Below, piece by piece: positions 1 to 7,918 of a stretch of 64,000 nt of DNA. This DNA comes from Chloroflexota bacterium (lineage in GTDB: Bacteria; Chloroflexota; Chloroflexia; QHBQ01). The notes beneath the pieces are model-generated. The model had not been told where the DNA came from. It searched no databases and worked only from the letters and a program-made list of their open reading frames with translations. Position numbers and translations under genes: made by a program. The stretch spans positions 45,100-109,099 of the forward strand of contig JAYUUN010000128.1 of NCBI GenBank assembly GCA_043754535.1. The letters run 5' to 3'. The first letter of the stretch is position 1, and every line of letters begins with the position of its first letter.

Positions 1-2
1 CC

Positions 3-959
3 ATGCTCGACGTACTAGGCGGCCTGCAAGAGTCGCTGGCGCACCTGCAAGCGGCATTGGAGGCGAAGGCGAAGGAGTTCGACACCATCCTCAAGCCGGG
101 CCGCACCCATATGCAAGATGCCGTGCCGATCCGCCTCGGTCAGGAGTTTGGCGCATATGCCCTGACGATCAAGCGGGCGGGTGAGCGGCTGGCGCGGGCT
201 AGTGAGGCGATCAAGGAGCTTAACATTGGCGCGACTGCGGTCGGCACCGGCCTCAACGCCGAACCCAGCTATATCGTCCGCGTGGTAGAGAACCTGGTCA
301 AGCTGACCGGCTTCGACCTGCGTGGTGCGGAGAACCTGGTGCAGGCCACCCAGAGCATGGGCGGGGTGCTAGAGTTTAGCAGCGCAATCCGTGGCCTCGC
401 GGTTGACCTCAACAAGATCGCCAACGACCTGCGCCTGATGTCCAGCGGCCCTTTCACCGGCTTCGGCGAGATCGTGCTGCCGCCAGTACAGCCTGGTAGC
501 AGCATCATGCCTGGCAAGGTCAACCCGGTGATGGCCGAGATGCTCAACCAGGTCTGCTACCATGTAATTGGCAACGACATGGCGGTGGCCCTTGCTGCTG
601 AGGCGGGCCAGCTTGAACTCAACGTGATGATGCCGATGATCGCCTTCGACACCCTGGAGTCGCTGACCATCCTCAAGAACGCGACGCGCAGCTTCACTGA
701 CTACTGCATCGTCGGGATCACCGCCAATGCTGATCGCTGTGAGTACCTGGTTGAACACAGCAGCGGCCTCGCCACCGCCCTCGCCCCCTACATCGGCTAC
801 GACAAGGCGGCGGCCCTCGCTAAGCAGTCGGTGCGCGAGAACCGCACGGTGCGCGAACTGGCTCTCGAACAGCAGCTGCTGCCGAAGGAGCAGCTTGAGG
901 ATATCCTCGACCCGCACAACATGACGAAGCCCGGTATCGCAGGGCAAGCGGGCGGTTAA
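3..959 (+). CDS. aspA: aspartate ammonia-lyase, C-terminal ~318 aa (5' end cut by window edge)
   Basis: Fumarate-lyase superfamily signature GSSIMPGKVNPVMAE. The PVM-x-E continuation resembles Bacillus-type aspartase rather than fumarase. ORF is open to the window edge. Confidence 0.8.
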   Translation: MLDVLGGLQESLAHLQAALEAKAKEFDTILKPGRTHMQDAVPIRLGQEFGAYALTIKRAGERLARASEAIKELNIGATAVGTGLNAEPSYIVRVVENLVKLTGFDLRGAENLVQATQSMGGVLEFSSAIRGLAVDLNKIANDLRLMSSGPFTGFGEIVLPPVQPGSSIMPGKVNPVMAEMLNQVCYHVIGNDMAVALAAEAGQLELNVMMPMIAFDTLESLTILKNATRSFTDYCIVGITANADRCEYLVEHSSGLATALAPYIGYDKAAALAKQSVRENRTVRELALEQQLLPKEQLEDILDPHNMTKPGIAGQAGG

Positions 960-1006
960 CCTGGGGTAGTTAGCTTAAGGGGGAGTCTCCAATCGCCAAG
1001 CCGAAA

Positions 1007-1648
1007 TCAAGAGATACGCCCTTCTACCAATACTACCCGTGCCGCCCCGCCGTCACCGTCCTTCAACTTGAGCGGCAGGGCGATCAGGGTATAGGCACCC
1101 GGCACAATCTCGCGCAGGTTCAGACCCTCGATCACCACTATCCCCGCTGCCAGCAGGATCGTGTGTGTATCGTGATTTGCTGGCTCAAACTGCTCGACCG
1201 AGAGGTAGTCTATGCCAACCAGCCGCACCCCGCGCTCGACCAGCCAATGGCAAGCATCGGGCGCGAGGTAGACAAAGTTCTTGACGAACTCGCCCTTCGG
1301 GTTTGCCCAGTGTTGCGAGTTGCGCGTCTTGAACAGCACCCGCTCCGTTCCCTCTGGCAGACCAATTTGGGCCAACTCCTCCAGGGTGATCGCATCCACG
1401 TCGGGCAGGTGGCGTACGATCACTGGGCCGATCATCGCCTCTAGCGGCAACGCGTCAACGCCTACCCCACCGGGAATGAAGTGGATCGGCGCATCTATGT
1501 GCGTGCCAGTATGCGAGCCAAAGCTAACGAAGGAGAGGGTGTAGCCATCCTTCTCCAACTCGGCAGTACGCTCAATCTTCGGCCCTGGTTCACCGTTATA
1601 GGTCGTCATCCCCTCCTGCATCAGCAGGGTTATGTCGTGTATCTTCAC
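1007..1648 (-). CDS. cyclase-family protein (arylformamidase / kynurenine formamidase-like)
   Basis: Metal-binding motif HTGTHIDAPIHF (HxGTHxDxPxH). GTG at 1648 lies 4 nt downstream of GAGGAGG. The longer 1007..1744 ORF looks like a non-coding N-terminal extension. Confidence 0.75.
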   Translation of the reverse strand: MKIHDITLLMQEGMTTYNGEPGPKIERTAELEKDGYTLSFVSFGSHTGTHIDAPIHFIPGGVGVDALPLEAMIGPVIVRHLPDVDAITLEELAQIGLPEGTERVLFKTRNSQHWANPKGEFVKNFVYLAPDACHWLVERGVRLVGIDYLSVEQFEPANHDTHTILLAAGIVVIEGLNLREIVPGAYTLIALPLKLKDGDGGAARVVLVEGRIS

Positions 1649-1803
1649 CGTTCCTCCTCGCGCGCTCTGCCCACGTGATGGGTAGATAAATGGTACTGGT
1701 CTTGATAAAGCAAGACGCACGCCCGCGGCTGGCTTTACAAACATTTAACCCAGTGCTAACCACACTGGCTGGCCCATTCTGTTATAATAGAGGAGAGAGG
1801 CAG

Positions 1804-2490
1804 ATGATCAAGGCAATCATTTTTGATGTAGATGGCACTTTGGTGGATAGCAACGAACTGCACACCACTGCCTGGCAGCGCGCCTTCAAGGCTGAAGGCT
1901 ACAGCTTCGAGTGGCAGGCTATCCGCGAGCAGATCGGCAAGGGGGGTGACAATCTGGTTGCCAACCTGCTGGGCAACCCAGAGAGCAGGGCCGATGAGGA
2001 GGAGCAGAGCCGACTGGACAAAGGGCATGGTGAGGAGTACAAGAAGCTAATTGAGCAGGCCCAACCCTTCCCCGCTGCCAGCGAGCTAATCCGCTCCCTG
2101 CACGAGCGCGGAGTCAAGATCGCCCTTGCCAGTTCTGGTAAACAGGACGAGATCGACCACTATCTGGCGAAGCTAGCGGTGGAAGGATGCGTAGATGTAA
2201 TTACCAACTCGGACGACGTAATGAACAGCAAGCCCGACCCTGATATCTTCGTCACCGCCCTCAAGAAGCTGAGCCTACTCGCAAGCGATGCGTTGGTAGT
2301 CGGCGACAGCCCCTACGACATCATCGCGGCGCGCAAGGCTGGCATCCGCTGCGTAGCAGTTCTCAGCGGCGGCTTTGAGCGCAAGATGCTTGAGCGCGAA
2401 CAGCCCGCCGCCATCGTTACCGACCTTGCCGCCTTGCAGCGGCAGCTTGACTTGCTGGTTGCCAGCGACCTTAGCCGCTTGAACGGCTAA
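1804..2490 (+). CDS. HAD-superfamily hydrolase (phosphatase, subfamily IA-like)
   Basis: Motif I IIFDVDGTLVDS and motif IV VGDSPYDIIAARKAG. ATG 1804 is preceded by AGAGGAGAGAGG. The track ORF start at 1690 is an upstream extension. Confidence 0.8.
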   Translation: MIKAIIFDVDGTLVDSNELHTTAWQRAFKAEGYSFEWQAIREQIGKGGDNLVANLLGNPESRADEEEQSRLDKGHGEEYKKLIEQAQPFPAASELIRSLHERGVKIALASSGKQDEIDHYLAKLAVEGCVDVITNSDDVMNSKPDPDIFVTALKKLSLLASDALVVGDSPYDIIAARKAGIRCVAVLSGGFERKMLEREQPAAIVTDLAALQRQLDLLVASDLSRLNG

Positions 2491-2521
2491 CCTGGACCAG
2501 CCACAACAGAGGGGACAAGTT

Positions 2522-3196
2522 TTGAGCAACGAACAGACCAGTGAGCTTCGACAGGTTACAATTAGCCGCCGCGACTTGCTGGCGACTGGCAGCAGTGCTG
2601 CCGCCCTACTCGCCGCCAGCGCACTCCTAGCCGCCTGCGGGGGCGAAACCCCCACGCCTGCTGCCACCAACACCATGGCCCCTGCCGCTGCTGCCACCAA
2701 CACCACGGCCCCGGTTGCTGCTGCCACCAGCACCACAGCCCCAGCCGCTGCTGCCGCCACCAGCACCACAGCCCCGGTCGCCGCTGCCGCCACCAACACG
2801 ACCGACACAGCTAGCATCCAGCCACAGAGTACCCCCGCTGGCCTGCCGACCAACACGGCGGTGGCTGCCAGTAATGCTAGTGGCTCGCAAGTTATCGCCA
2901 AGATTGCCGACCTGCAAGCGGGTGAGGGTAAGGACTTCACCATCCCTGGCAGCGGCAAACCCGGCAAGCTGGTGCGCCTGGCCGACGGTAGCTTCCTGGC
3001 CTACAACGCGCTTTGCACCCACAAGGGCTGCGAGGTCAGCTACAAGAAGGGGGCGACCGACTTCGCTTGCCCCTGCCACGGTTCGGTGTTCGCCGTCACG
3101 GACGGTGCAGTGAAGAAGGGGCCAGCCGCTAGCCCACTCAAGAAGCTGAACATCAAGGTGGATGAGGCTAGCGGCACAATCACCTACGAGGGTTAG
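2522..3196 (+). CDS. exported Rieske [2Fe-2S] lipoprotein with Tat signal and Ala/Thr/Pro repeat linker
   Basis: TTG start after GAGGGGA. Twin-arginine motif SRRDLL followed by lipobox LLAAC. C-terminal Rieske ligands CTHKGC...CPCHGS. Confidence 0.8.
   Translation: MSNEQTSELRQVTISRRDLLATGSSAAALLAASALLAACGGETPTPAATNTMAPAAAATNTTAPVAAATSTTAPAAAAATSTTAPVAAAATNTTDTASIQPQSTPAGLPTNTAVAASNASGSQVIAKIADLQAGEGKDFTIPGSGKPGKLVRLADGSFLAYNALCTHKGCEVSYKKGATDFACPCHGSVFAVTDGAVKKGPAASPLKKLNIKVDEASGTITYEG
2660..2806 (+). repeat. in-frame tandem repeat, 30-33 nt units x ~4.5, encoding AATNTxAPxA linker
   Basis: Units read directly: gctgccaccaacaccatggcccctgccgct / gctgccaccaacaccacggccccggttgct / gctgccaccagcaccacagccccagccgctgct / gccgccaccagcaccacagccccggtcgccgct / partial unit. 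Confidence 0.85.
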
Positions 3197-3241
3197 TGTA
3201 CAAGTTGCTGCTTGCCGTTGTAGCAAGCAAAGGGGAGTTTG

Positions 3242-4741
3242 ATGAACACTACTGAGCCAATCAACAGGGATGCTATGCCGGGCGACCGCTGGGTTGGGCT
3301 GGTCGCGCTGCCCCTACGCTTGTTCCTCGGCCTGATCTTCACCGCCGCCGCTATTGAGAAGATCACCGATCCGGGGTTCTTCAACCCGGCGGGGGCAACC
3401 TACATCGGCAAGCAGCTACAGGGCTTTGTAGCCGACGGTTCGCCCCTCAGCTTCGTGATCACCCCGCTGGCGATCCCCAATGCCCAACTGTTCGGCTGGA
3501 TGATGACCATCGGCGAGTTGCTCGTCGGGCTGGCAACAATCTTCGGCCTGTTCACTCGGCTGGCGGCGGTGGGCGGCCTGCTGATCAGCCTCACCCTCTG
3601 GCTGACCGCTGGCTGGAACGCCTATCCCTTCTACAGCGGCTCCGACCTCCCCTACGCCTTCGGCTGGCTAACCACCTTGCTGGCAGGTGGGGGGTTGTAC
3701 AGCCTGGACGCGCTAATTGCAAGGCGTAGGGCGACGGTCAGCGTGCTTGACCTGGAACGCCGCGCTACCCTAACCCGTGCTGGGGCAGCGGTAGGTGCTG
3801 GGCTAGCAGTCGTCTTGGCTGGCACCGCCATCGCCCGCAGCTTCGCCTATCGCAAGGACCTCAATAGCAGCAGCAGTGACAACAACTCGCCACCTGTCGG
3901 GGTCGCGCAGCTAGCCGCTACTGCTACTGCCCTGCTAGCCACCGCTACCGCCCTGCCTGCCACCGCCACTATCCTGCCTGCCACCGCAGCGCAGCCCACG
4001 GACACTGTAGCCGTAGTAACAGACACGGCAGTGCCGCCAACGGATGTTGTGGCCTTGCCAACCGACACCACAGCAGCCTCAACCGACACCGCAGTAGCCT
4101 CAACTACTACCGCCACCAACGAGCCGCAGGCGTATGCCCCCACTGCCAGGCCAGCCACTAGCACGCCGCGCCCTACAGCCACCACCGCTAGGCCAACTAC
4201 CAGCACGCCGCGCCCTGCGCCAACTAATACCACTCGTCCAGCAGCCACCAGCACCACCCCGCCTGCGCCAACCAACACTAGCCGTCCCGCAGCCACCAGC
4301 ACGCCCGTGCCAGCCCCCGCAACCGCCAAGCCGCCTGCACCACCAGCGGGCGGCGATATTGGGCCGGGCAGTACTCCTGTCGGTGGGCCAACTGACACGC
4401 CAGTGCCAGTCGCCAAACCACCAGTGGGCGGGATCGTGCTGGCAAAGATCGCCGATATCGAGCCGGGGCGGGCGATTGAGTTTACCGAGCCGATCAGCAG
4501 CATACCATCTTACCTGGTGCGCGAGAGCAACGGCAACTTTGTAGCATATAATTCGATCTGTACCCACGCTGGCTGCCAGGTCAACTACCGCCAGACTAGC
4601 AAGGAGTTTAATTGCCCCTGCCACGACTCTAGCTTCCAGATTAGCGACGGCAAGCCAACGAAGGGGCCTGCCCGCCGTCCGTTGGTGAGGGTTGCTATCC
4701 GGGTTGATGAGGCTAGCGGTAATATCTACTACGCGGGTTGA
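3242..4741 (+). CDS. DoxX/DoxD-like membrane domain fused through a long Pro/Thr/Ala linker to a C-terminal Rieske [2Fe-2S] domain
   Basis: The N-terminal ~170 aa has multiple TM helices with DoxX-like sequence (LRLFLGLIFTAAAIEKI, GELLVGLATIFGLFTRL), followed by an extra TM. The PT-rich linker is ~170 aa. C-terminus has CTHAGC...CPCHDS. The last ~95 aa are paralogous to the end of 2522..3196. ATG 3242 follows AAGGGGAG. Confidence 0.8.
   Translation: MNTTEPINRDAMPGDRWVGLVALPLRLFLGLIFTAAAIEKITDPGFFNPAGATYIGKQLQGFVADGSPLSFVITPLAIPNAQLFGWMMTIGELLVGLATIFGLFTRLAAVGGLLISLTLWLTAGWNAYPFYSGSDLPYAFGWLTTLLAGGGLYSLDALIARRRATVSVLDLERRATLTRAGAAVGAGLAVVLAGTAIARSFAYRKDLNSSSSDNNSPPVGVAQLAATATALLATATALPATATILPATAAQPTDTVAVVTDTAVPPTDVVALPTDTTAASTDTAVASTTTATNEPQAYAPTARPATSTPRPTATTARPTTSTPRPAPTNTTRPAATSTTPPAPTNTSRPAATSTPVPAPATAKPPAPPAGGDIGPGSTPVGGPTDTPVPVAKPPVGGIVLAKIADIEPGRAIEFTEPISSIPSYLVRESNGNFVAYNSICTHAGCQVNYRQTSKEFNCPCHDSSFQISDGKPTKGPARRPLVRVAIRVDEASGNIYYAG
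3910..4350 (+). repeat. low-complexity coding region (degenerate Ala/Thr/Pro repeats, e.g. RPxxSTPRPxxT units)
   Basis: Peptide ATATALLATATALPATATILPATAAQ...RPATSTPRPTATTARPTTSTPRPAPTNTTRPAATSTTPPAPTNTSRPAATSTPVPAP. The corresponding DNA shows imperfect 42-48 nt repeats. Confidence 0.75.
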
Positions 4742-4750
4742 CCGCCTTTG

Positions 4751-4785
4751 GCCCCGCCACCATTTTCGGCGGGGCTTGTGGCATG
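4751..4785 (+). terminator. putative intrinsic terminator after the Rieske pair
   Basis: 8-bp GC stem gccccgcc (4751-4758) / ggcggggc (4768-4775), 9-nt loop, then a T-containing tail cttgtggcatgattcttg. Confidence 0.55.
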
Positions 4786-4811
4786 ATTCTTGTTGGTTAG
4801 CTTGACGCATT

Positions 4812-4820
4812 TGGTACAAT
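4812..4820 (+). promoter_or_regulatory. extended -10 promoter element (TGgTACAAT) for the Mo-enzyme operon
   Basis: tggtacaat at 4812-4820, 35 nt upstream of ATG 4856. AGGAGG RBS at 4841-4846. Confidence 0.5.
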
Positions 4821-4855
4821 AGTATTGGTTCGCCAAACCCAGGAGGCAAAAGCAA

Positions 4856-5467
4856 ATGGATTTTCTCGACAACATCCTGCCAGGGCGCAAGAAGCAGCTT
4901 GACCCTGACATCGCATCCCGCATTCCGCCAGGCCAATATCGCACTGAGAAGTGGCCCGTGCTGCACTATGGCAGCGTGCCACGCATCAACACCGAGAAGT
5001 GGAGCTTCCGCATCTTTGGCCTGGTTGACCAGCCAGTGACGCTCGATTGGGAGCAGTTTATGGCCCTGCCGAAGGTGACGATCCAAAACGATATCCACTG
5101 CGTTACGCGCTGGAGCAAGCTGGACAACACCTGGGAGGGGGTTGCCGTCCGCGACGTGATGAAGCTGGTTGGCCTCAAGCCCAATGTCAAGTACGTGTTG
5201 CTACACGCCGCCAACGCCTTTACCGCCAACCTTTCGATGGAGGATTTCGACCGCGAGGAGAACCTCTTTGCCTACAAGCACGACGGTGAAGCACTGACCC
5301 CGGAGCATGGCTATCCCCTGCGCCTGGTCGTTCCTCATCTCTACTTCTGGAAGAGCGCAAAGTGGATACAGGGCATGGAGTTTCTCGACCGCGACCGCCC
5401 TGGTTTCTGGGAGAGCTATGGCTACCATATGCATGGCGACCCCTGGACGGAGGAGCGTTTCGGCTAA
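4856..5467 (+). CDS. short sulfite-oxidase-family molybdopterin oxidoreductase (about 200 aa, YuiH-like), cytoplasmic
   Basis: SO-fold motifs IHCVTRWSKLDNTWEG (Mo-ligand Cys context) and LRLVVPHLYFWKSAKW. No signal peptide. Strong RBS. Confidence 0.8.
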   Translation: MDFLDNILPGRKKQLDPDIASRIPPGQYRTEKWPVLHYGSVPRINTEKWSFRIFGLVDQPVTLDWEQFMALPKVTIQNDIHCVTRWSKLDNTWEGVAVRDVMKLVGLKPNVKYVLLHAANAFTANLSMEDFDREENLFAYKHDGEALTPEHGYPLRLVVPHLYFWKSAKWIQGMEFLDRDRPGFWESYGYHMHGDPWTEERFG

Positions 5468-6504
5468 TGCAATGTCCAACCTGCCAGAGCAATAATCCCG
5501 CTTACGCCCGCTTCTGTGCCACCTGCGGCACCCCTTTCACCGAGGGGGAGGCCGGGCTGGTAGCAGAGGCCGCCAGCGCAACCCCTCCGCCAACCGGCCA
5601 GCAGTTTGCTGGGCCAGTGGCACCGGTTGATGCGCCCTTCATCAGCAAGCGCAACACGGATAAGCTAGCCGACCGCGACCAGCCAGCTCCCGTCTTCGTA
5701 CCGCCCAGCCTCGCGGCTAGCTTCGGCCCGCTGCCGGCCAGTAGCCTGGTAGATGGAGGTCTCGGCCCCAATCCCACCTACCTTGCCAGCCAACCAACCC
5801 AGCCTTACCAGCCCTACCCTGCCCAAGCCCCCCAGGGTAGCTACCAGCCATCCCTCAGCAGCTTCGACGCACAGCCAGTGCAGCTCTACCAGCCAGCCCA
5901 GGTTGGGCGCAGCAACTTCGGCCTCTGGGTGGGCTTGCTGCTACTGCTACTGGTCGTCCTCGGTAGCCTCGCAGGCTACCTGATCATCGGCAAAGACACA
6001 GCTACCCTAGTGGCCGTCGCGCCTGCTAGCTCGGCTACACCCGCTGCGCTGCCCACCACCAACCAGAGTGTTGTCACGCTCGGCGATGGGGCGAAGGGGA
6101 CAGACAAGCAAGTGATCGTCAAGCTGATCAACGACTCCAATGCCGCCCAAACCCAGGCGATGCGTACCCTCGATGGGGCAGCCCTCAAGCAGTTCTACAG
6201 TGGCGACGAATATGACAAGAACAACAAGATACTTGAAACCCTCCGCACCAACGACGCTTATGCCATCCAGAAGTTGGAAAAGATCAAGATCAACGATGTG
6301 ACGATTGATGGCGACAAGGCTACTGCACACACGGTAGAAGTATGGAGCCGGGACATCTACACCAGCGCCGGCAAGCTGGTAAAGAGTGAGGCGGCCCAGA
6401 CCTTGCACGAAACCTATACCTGCGTAAAGCAGAACGGCAAGTGGCTGGTATCCGTGGTAGATATTGTCGAAGACGGCCAGCAGCCTGACACCCAGACCCG
6501 CTGA
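5467..6504 (+). CDS. zinc-ribbon membrane protein with Pro/Gln-rich spacer and C-terminal globular domain
   Basis: MQCPTCQSNNPAYARFCATCG zinc ribbon and one TM helix (LWVGLLLLLLVVLGSLAGYLII). ATG 5467 overlaps the upstream stop (TAATG). The track ORF start at 5362 would overlap the Mo-enzyme gene. Confidence 0.7.
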   Translation: MQCPTCQSNNPAYARFCATCGTPFTEGEAGLVAEAASATPPPTGQQFAGPVAPVDAPFISKRNTDKLADRDQPAPVFVPPSLAASFGPLPASSLVDGGLGPNPTYLASQPTQPYQPYPAQAPQGSYQPSLSSFDAQPVQLYQPAQVGRSNFGLWVGLLLLLLVVLGSLAGYLIIGKDTATLVAVAPASSATPAALPTTNQSVVTLGDGAKGTDKQVIVKLINDSNAAQTQAMRTLDGAALKQFYSGDEYDKNNKILETLRTNDAYAIQKLEKIKINDVTIDGDKATAHTVEVWSRDIYTSAGKLVKSEAAQTLHETYTCVKQNGKWLVSVVDIVEDGQQPDTQTR

Positions 6505-6505
6505 G

Positions 6506-7315
6506 GTGACAGCGCAACGCTTGGCGGGTAAGGTGGCCCTGATCACAGGGGCTGGCACTGGCATCGGCGCGGCCATTGCCCGCCGCTTTGCCGCCGAGGG
6601 TGCAGCGGTGATGATCAACCATCGGGGCGCAGTAGACGCTGCTGCCGCCACTACCGTCGCTGACGAGATTGCGCAGTTGGGCGGCGCAGCAGATACTGTA
6701 CAGGGTGATGTGGGGCGGGTAGCAGACTGCTACCGAATTGTGGCGGCGACCGTGGCCCGCTTTGGGCGACTAGACCTGCTGCTCAACAATGCTGGGCATG
6801 GCTCTCCCCTCAAGCCGCTAACCGAGGTGACCGAGGCTGAGTGGGATGGCGTACTGGCTACCAACCTGAAGGGGACATTCTTCTGCACCCAGGCGGCAGC
6901 CCGCCAGATGATCGCCCAGGGTAATGGTGGGCGGGTGATCAACACCAGTTCAATCCATCAGTCGCTCGCTATGCCGCTGCACACCCCCTACTGCGCCTCG
7001 AAGGGCGGCATCAGAATGCTAGCCCGCACCCTCGGCCTGGAGTTGGCAGCACACGGCATCAGCGTGGTTAACATCGCCCCTGGCGCGATAGCCACCGCTG
7101 GCAACCAGCAGTTGCGGCGCGACCCTCTGCGCTATGCTCAACTGCTCTCCTGCATTCCGCTCAAGCGGATGGGCGAGGCGGAGGAGGTAGCAGCCCTGGC
7201 CGCCTGGCTTGCTAGTGACGAAGCTGCCTACCTCAACGCCACCACTTGCTACATAGACGGCGGTATGACGGTGGACTCCTGGCACTTTGTCCCTAGCCAC
7301 CCAGATCGGGTATAA
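6506..7315 (+). CDS. short-chain dehydrogenase/reductase (glucose 1-dehydrogenase / 3-oxoacyl-ACP reductase-like)
   Basis: TGAGTGIGAAIA Rossmann motif, NNAG, and catalytic Tyr/Lys in YCASKGG. GTG 6506 lies 2 nt after the upstream stop. ATG 6464 is the alternative start. Confidence 0.85.
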   Translation: MTAQRLAGKVALITGAGTGIGAAIARRFAAEGAAVMINHRGAVDAAAATTVADEIAQLGGAADTVQGDVGRVADCYRIVAATVARFGRLDLLLNNAGHGSPLKPLTEVTEAEWDGVLATNLKGTFFCTQAAARQMIAQGNGGRVINTSSIHQSLAMPLHTPYCASKGGIRMLARTLGLELAAHGISVVNIAPGAIATAGNQQLRRDPLRYAQLLSCIPLKRMGEAEEVAALAAWLASDEAAYLNATTCYIDGGMTVDSWHFVPSHPDRV

Positions 7316-7899
7316 TGCGGGCTGAGATCACTTTGGAGGATGCAAGTTTGAGCAGTAGACGTGGTGGGCAACCAACGAAGCAGTTGATGAGCAAGCGGCA
7401 GCGTGGCTTCGTACGCGCTCTGGCGATCCTCGGCGTGAGCATCCTGATCCTCGGCTTGCTGGCGACCGCCCTGATCACGCCCGCCGCCCGTGTGCTGACT
7501 CCTGCACCCACGCCCGCTCCGCCGCTGACGGGCCTGCTAGCCACCCCTTCCCCCCGCCCAGAGCAACGCGACTTCCCGCGCATCGCTGCCGCCGATCTCA
7601 AGCTGATGCTGGACAAGCAGCCCGCTCTGCAACTGCTCGACAACAGCACCGACAAGGAGTATGCGCAAGCGCACATCAAGGGGGCTAAGTTCTTCCCTGC
7701 TACCGAGATGTACAGCCGCCTGGCCGATCTCGACAAGGCAAAGCCGGTGATCCTCTACTGCAATTGCACTGCCGAACAAGTCAGCATCAGCGTTGGGTTG
7801 CGGCTACGACAGGCGGGCTTCAGCGACGTACGCGCCCTTACTGGCGGCCTCAAAGCCTGGTCGGACGCTGGCTACCCCACCGAATCTTCGGCTCTGTGA
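7315..7899 (+). CDS. membrane-anchored rhodanese-domain sulfurtransferase
   Basis: One TM helix (ALAILGVSILILGLLATALI), then a rhodanese fold with active-site loop CNCTAEQ and LTGGLKAW. The start overlaps the SDR stop (TAATG). ATG 7387 is an alternative start. Confidence 0.75.
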   Translation: MRAEITLEDASLSSRRGGQPTKQLMSKRQRGFVRALAILGVSILILGLLATALITPAARVLTPAPTPAPPLTGLLATPSPRPEQRDFPRIAAADLKLMLDKQPALQLLDNSTDKEYAQAHIKGAKFFPATEMYSRLADLDKAKPVILYCNCTAEQVSISVGLRLRQAGFSDVRALTGGLKAWSDAGYPTESSAL

Positions 7900-7918
7900 C
7901 CACCACGGAGCGCGAACC

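Noticed and set aside
2275-2967. 230-aa minus-strand ORF antisense to the HAD 3' end and the first Rieske gene
   Set aside because: Its composition (Ala/Val/Leu runs mirroring the AATNT repeat, no RBS) is typical of a shadow ORF in high-GC DNA. The plus-strand gene has Tat, lipobox and Rieske motifs.
4100-5098. 332-aa minus-strand ORF spanning the DoxX-Rieske 3' half, the terminator and the Mo-enzyme start
   Set aside because: Arg/Trp/Gly-rich shadow ORF. It crosses an intergenic terminator/promoter region and opposes two well-supported genes.
6506-7315. The two similar SDR genes (6506..7315 and 63640..64000) as a long-range repeat or duplication boundary
   Set aside because: Similarity is at the protein-family level (TGxGxGIG, ADCYxIV, NNAG) with divergent DNA. 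They are ordinary paralogs, not a segmental repeat.
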